64,000 nt of DNA from Squalus acanthias (lineage: Eukaryota): assembly GCA_030390025.1 (NCBI GenBank), contig CM059431.1, positions 151,344,001 to 151,408,000 on the forward strand, read 5' to 3'. This document shows, one piece after another, positions 62,456 to 64,000 of this stretch (position 1 is the first letter of the stretch; every line of letters starts with the position of its first letter). The notes under the pieces were generated by a model, which saw nothing but the letters and a program-made list of their open reading frames with translations, had not been told where the DNA came from and made no database searches. Both the position numbers and the translations under genes were made by a program.

Positions 62456-62750
62456 GTATTAGCACTGTTGCCTCACAGCGCCAGGGACCCGGGTTCGAAT
62501 CCGGGCCCCGGGTGACTGTCTGTGTGGAGTTTGCACATTCTCCCCGTGTCTGCGTGGGTTTCCTCCGGGTGCTCTGGTTTCCTCCCACAGTCCAAAGATG
62601 TGCGGGGTTAGGTTGATTTATGGCTATGATAAATTGTTCCTTAGTGTTATGGGTTTAAATACGTGTGGTTACGGGGATAGGGTGGGATATGTGTCGGTGC
62701 AGGCTCGATGGGCCGAAATGGCCTCTATCTGCACTGTGGGGATTCTGTGA
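62456..62750 (+). mobile_element. HE1-like V-SINE
   Basis: tRNA-derived head GCCTCACAGCGCCAGGGACCCGGGTTCGAATCC; V-domain TGTGTGGAGTTTGCACATTCTCCCCGTGTCTGCGTGGGTTTCCTCCGGGTGCTC; CR1-like tail. Confidence 0.9.
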
Positions 62751-64000
62751 ATTATAGAAACACTTGCTGTCTGTTTTTATATTTTTTGCTAATTTATTTT
62801 CATAATCTATTTTGCCTACCTTAATCAATCCTTTAGTTAGTTTTTGATGTATTTTGAAGACTTCCCAGTCTTCTATCCTCCCACTAAGTTTGGCTATCTT
62901 ATATGTCCTTGTTTTTAGTCTTTTCTTAGCCACGGATGGCTGTCATTTCTTTTACACCGTTTTTTCCTCATTGGAATATGTTTTTTTTTAATGTTGTAAA
63001 ATGACTCCTTAAATGAGCACCACTGCTCATGTATCGCCTTACCTTTTAATCTATTTTCCCATTCCACTTTAATCAATTCCGCTCTCATACCATCATAGTC
63101 TCCTTTATTCAAGCTCAGTACGCTTGTTTGAGAACCAACCTGCTGACTCTGTAATTGGATATGGAATTCAACCATGTTATGATCAATCTTTCCAAGGGGA
63201 TCCTTAACTAGGACATTATTAATTAATCCTGACTCATTACACAGGACCAGGTCCAAGATTGCTTGCCCCCTTGTAGGATCAGTTACATACTGCTCAAGAA
63301 ACCCATCCCTAATACACTCAATGAACTCTTCCTCAAGGCTGCCCTGCCCAATTTGATTTGTCCAGTTAATATGATAGTTAAAATCCCCCATAATCATAGC
63401 TGTTCCCTTATTACATGCCCCAACTATTTCCTGATTAATAATTTTTCCAGCAGAGTTGCAACTATTAGGAGGCCTATATACTACTCCCAGCTAGTGCTTT
63501 TTTCCCCTTATTATTTAATATCTCCACCCAAAATGTTTCATTATCCTGATCCTTTGACCCAATATAATTTCTCTGTATTACAGTGATTCCTTCCTTTATT
63601 AACATAGCCACCCCACCTCCCCTTCCTTCCTGCACGTCCTTCCTGATTGTTAAATACCTTGGTATATTTAATTCCCAGTCGTTGTCACCCTGCAGCCATG
63701 TTTCTGTAATGGCCACAAGATCATACCCATACGTAGTTATTTGTGCCGTTCACTCGTCCATTTTGTTATGAATGCTACGTGCATTCAGATAACGGTAATG
63801 CGGTAATGCGGTTGAAGTAGTGTACATGGTTTTCAAAAGGTGTTCGACAAAGTGCCACATAATAGGTTAACCAGCAAAGTTGAAGCCCAAGAAATAAAAG
63901 GGACAGTGGCAGCATGGATACGAAATTGTCTTGGTGACAGAAAACAGAGAATAGTGTTGAATGGTTGTTTTTCGGACTGGAGTAACGTATAGAGTAGTGT

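Larger units (their letters stand above)
60218..63793 (-). mobile_element. CR1 LINE (EN+RT+3' UTR) nested in the previous CR1
   Basis: ITETWLQG, MGDFNY, PGPDGLHPRVL, YLDFQKAFDK and LVRPHLEYC. Confidence 0.92.

Overview
Repeat-saturated vertebrate DNA with no recognisable host protein-coding gene. HE1-type V-SINEs, Deu-domain SINEs and dense CR1 LINEs point to a cartilaginous fish (inference). The backbone is a decaying, segmentally duplicated tRNA-Lys(TTT) array: 9 plus-strand pseudogene copies behind a shared ~270-bp 5' flank, and 4 older minus-strand copies facing them. Mobile elements are nested into it. (1) A complete 4.6-kb PIF/Harbinger DNA transposon (8814-13427; TIRs, AAT TSD) carries a 3-exon Myb/SANT-like gene and a DDE transposase, each with one visible lesion. 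(2) An internally deleted class I endogenous retrovirus (35211-40595; two LTRs, tRNA-Ser PBS, AAAG TSD) carries an intact 75-aa transmembrane ORF between pol and a miniature env. (3) There are many CR1 LINEs, a second LINE family, and Penelope-like fragments with hammerhead-ribozyme-like cores. A large fold-back inverted duplication is centred near 20-21.4 kb. LINE and SINE boundaries are approximate and all alignments were done by eye.
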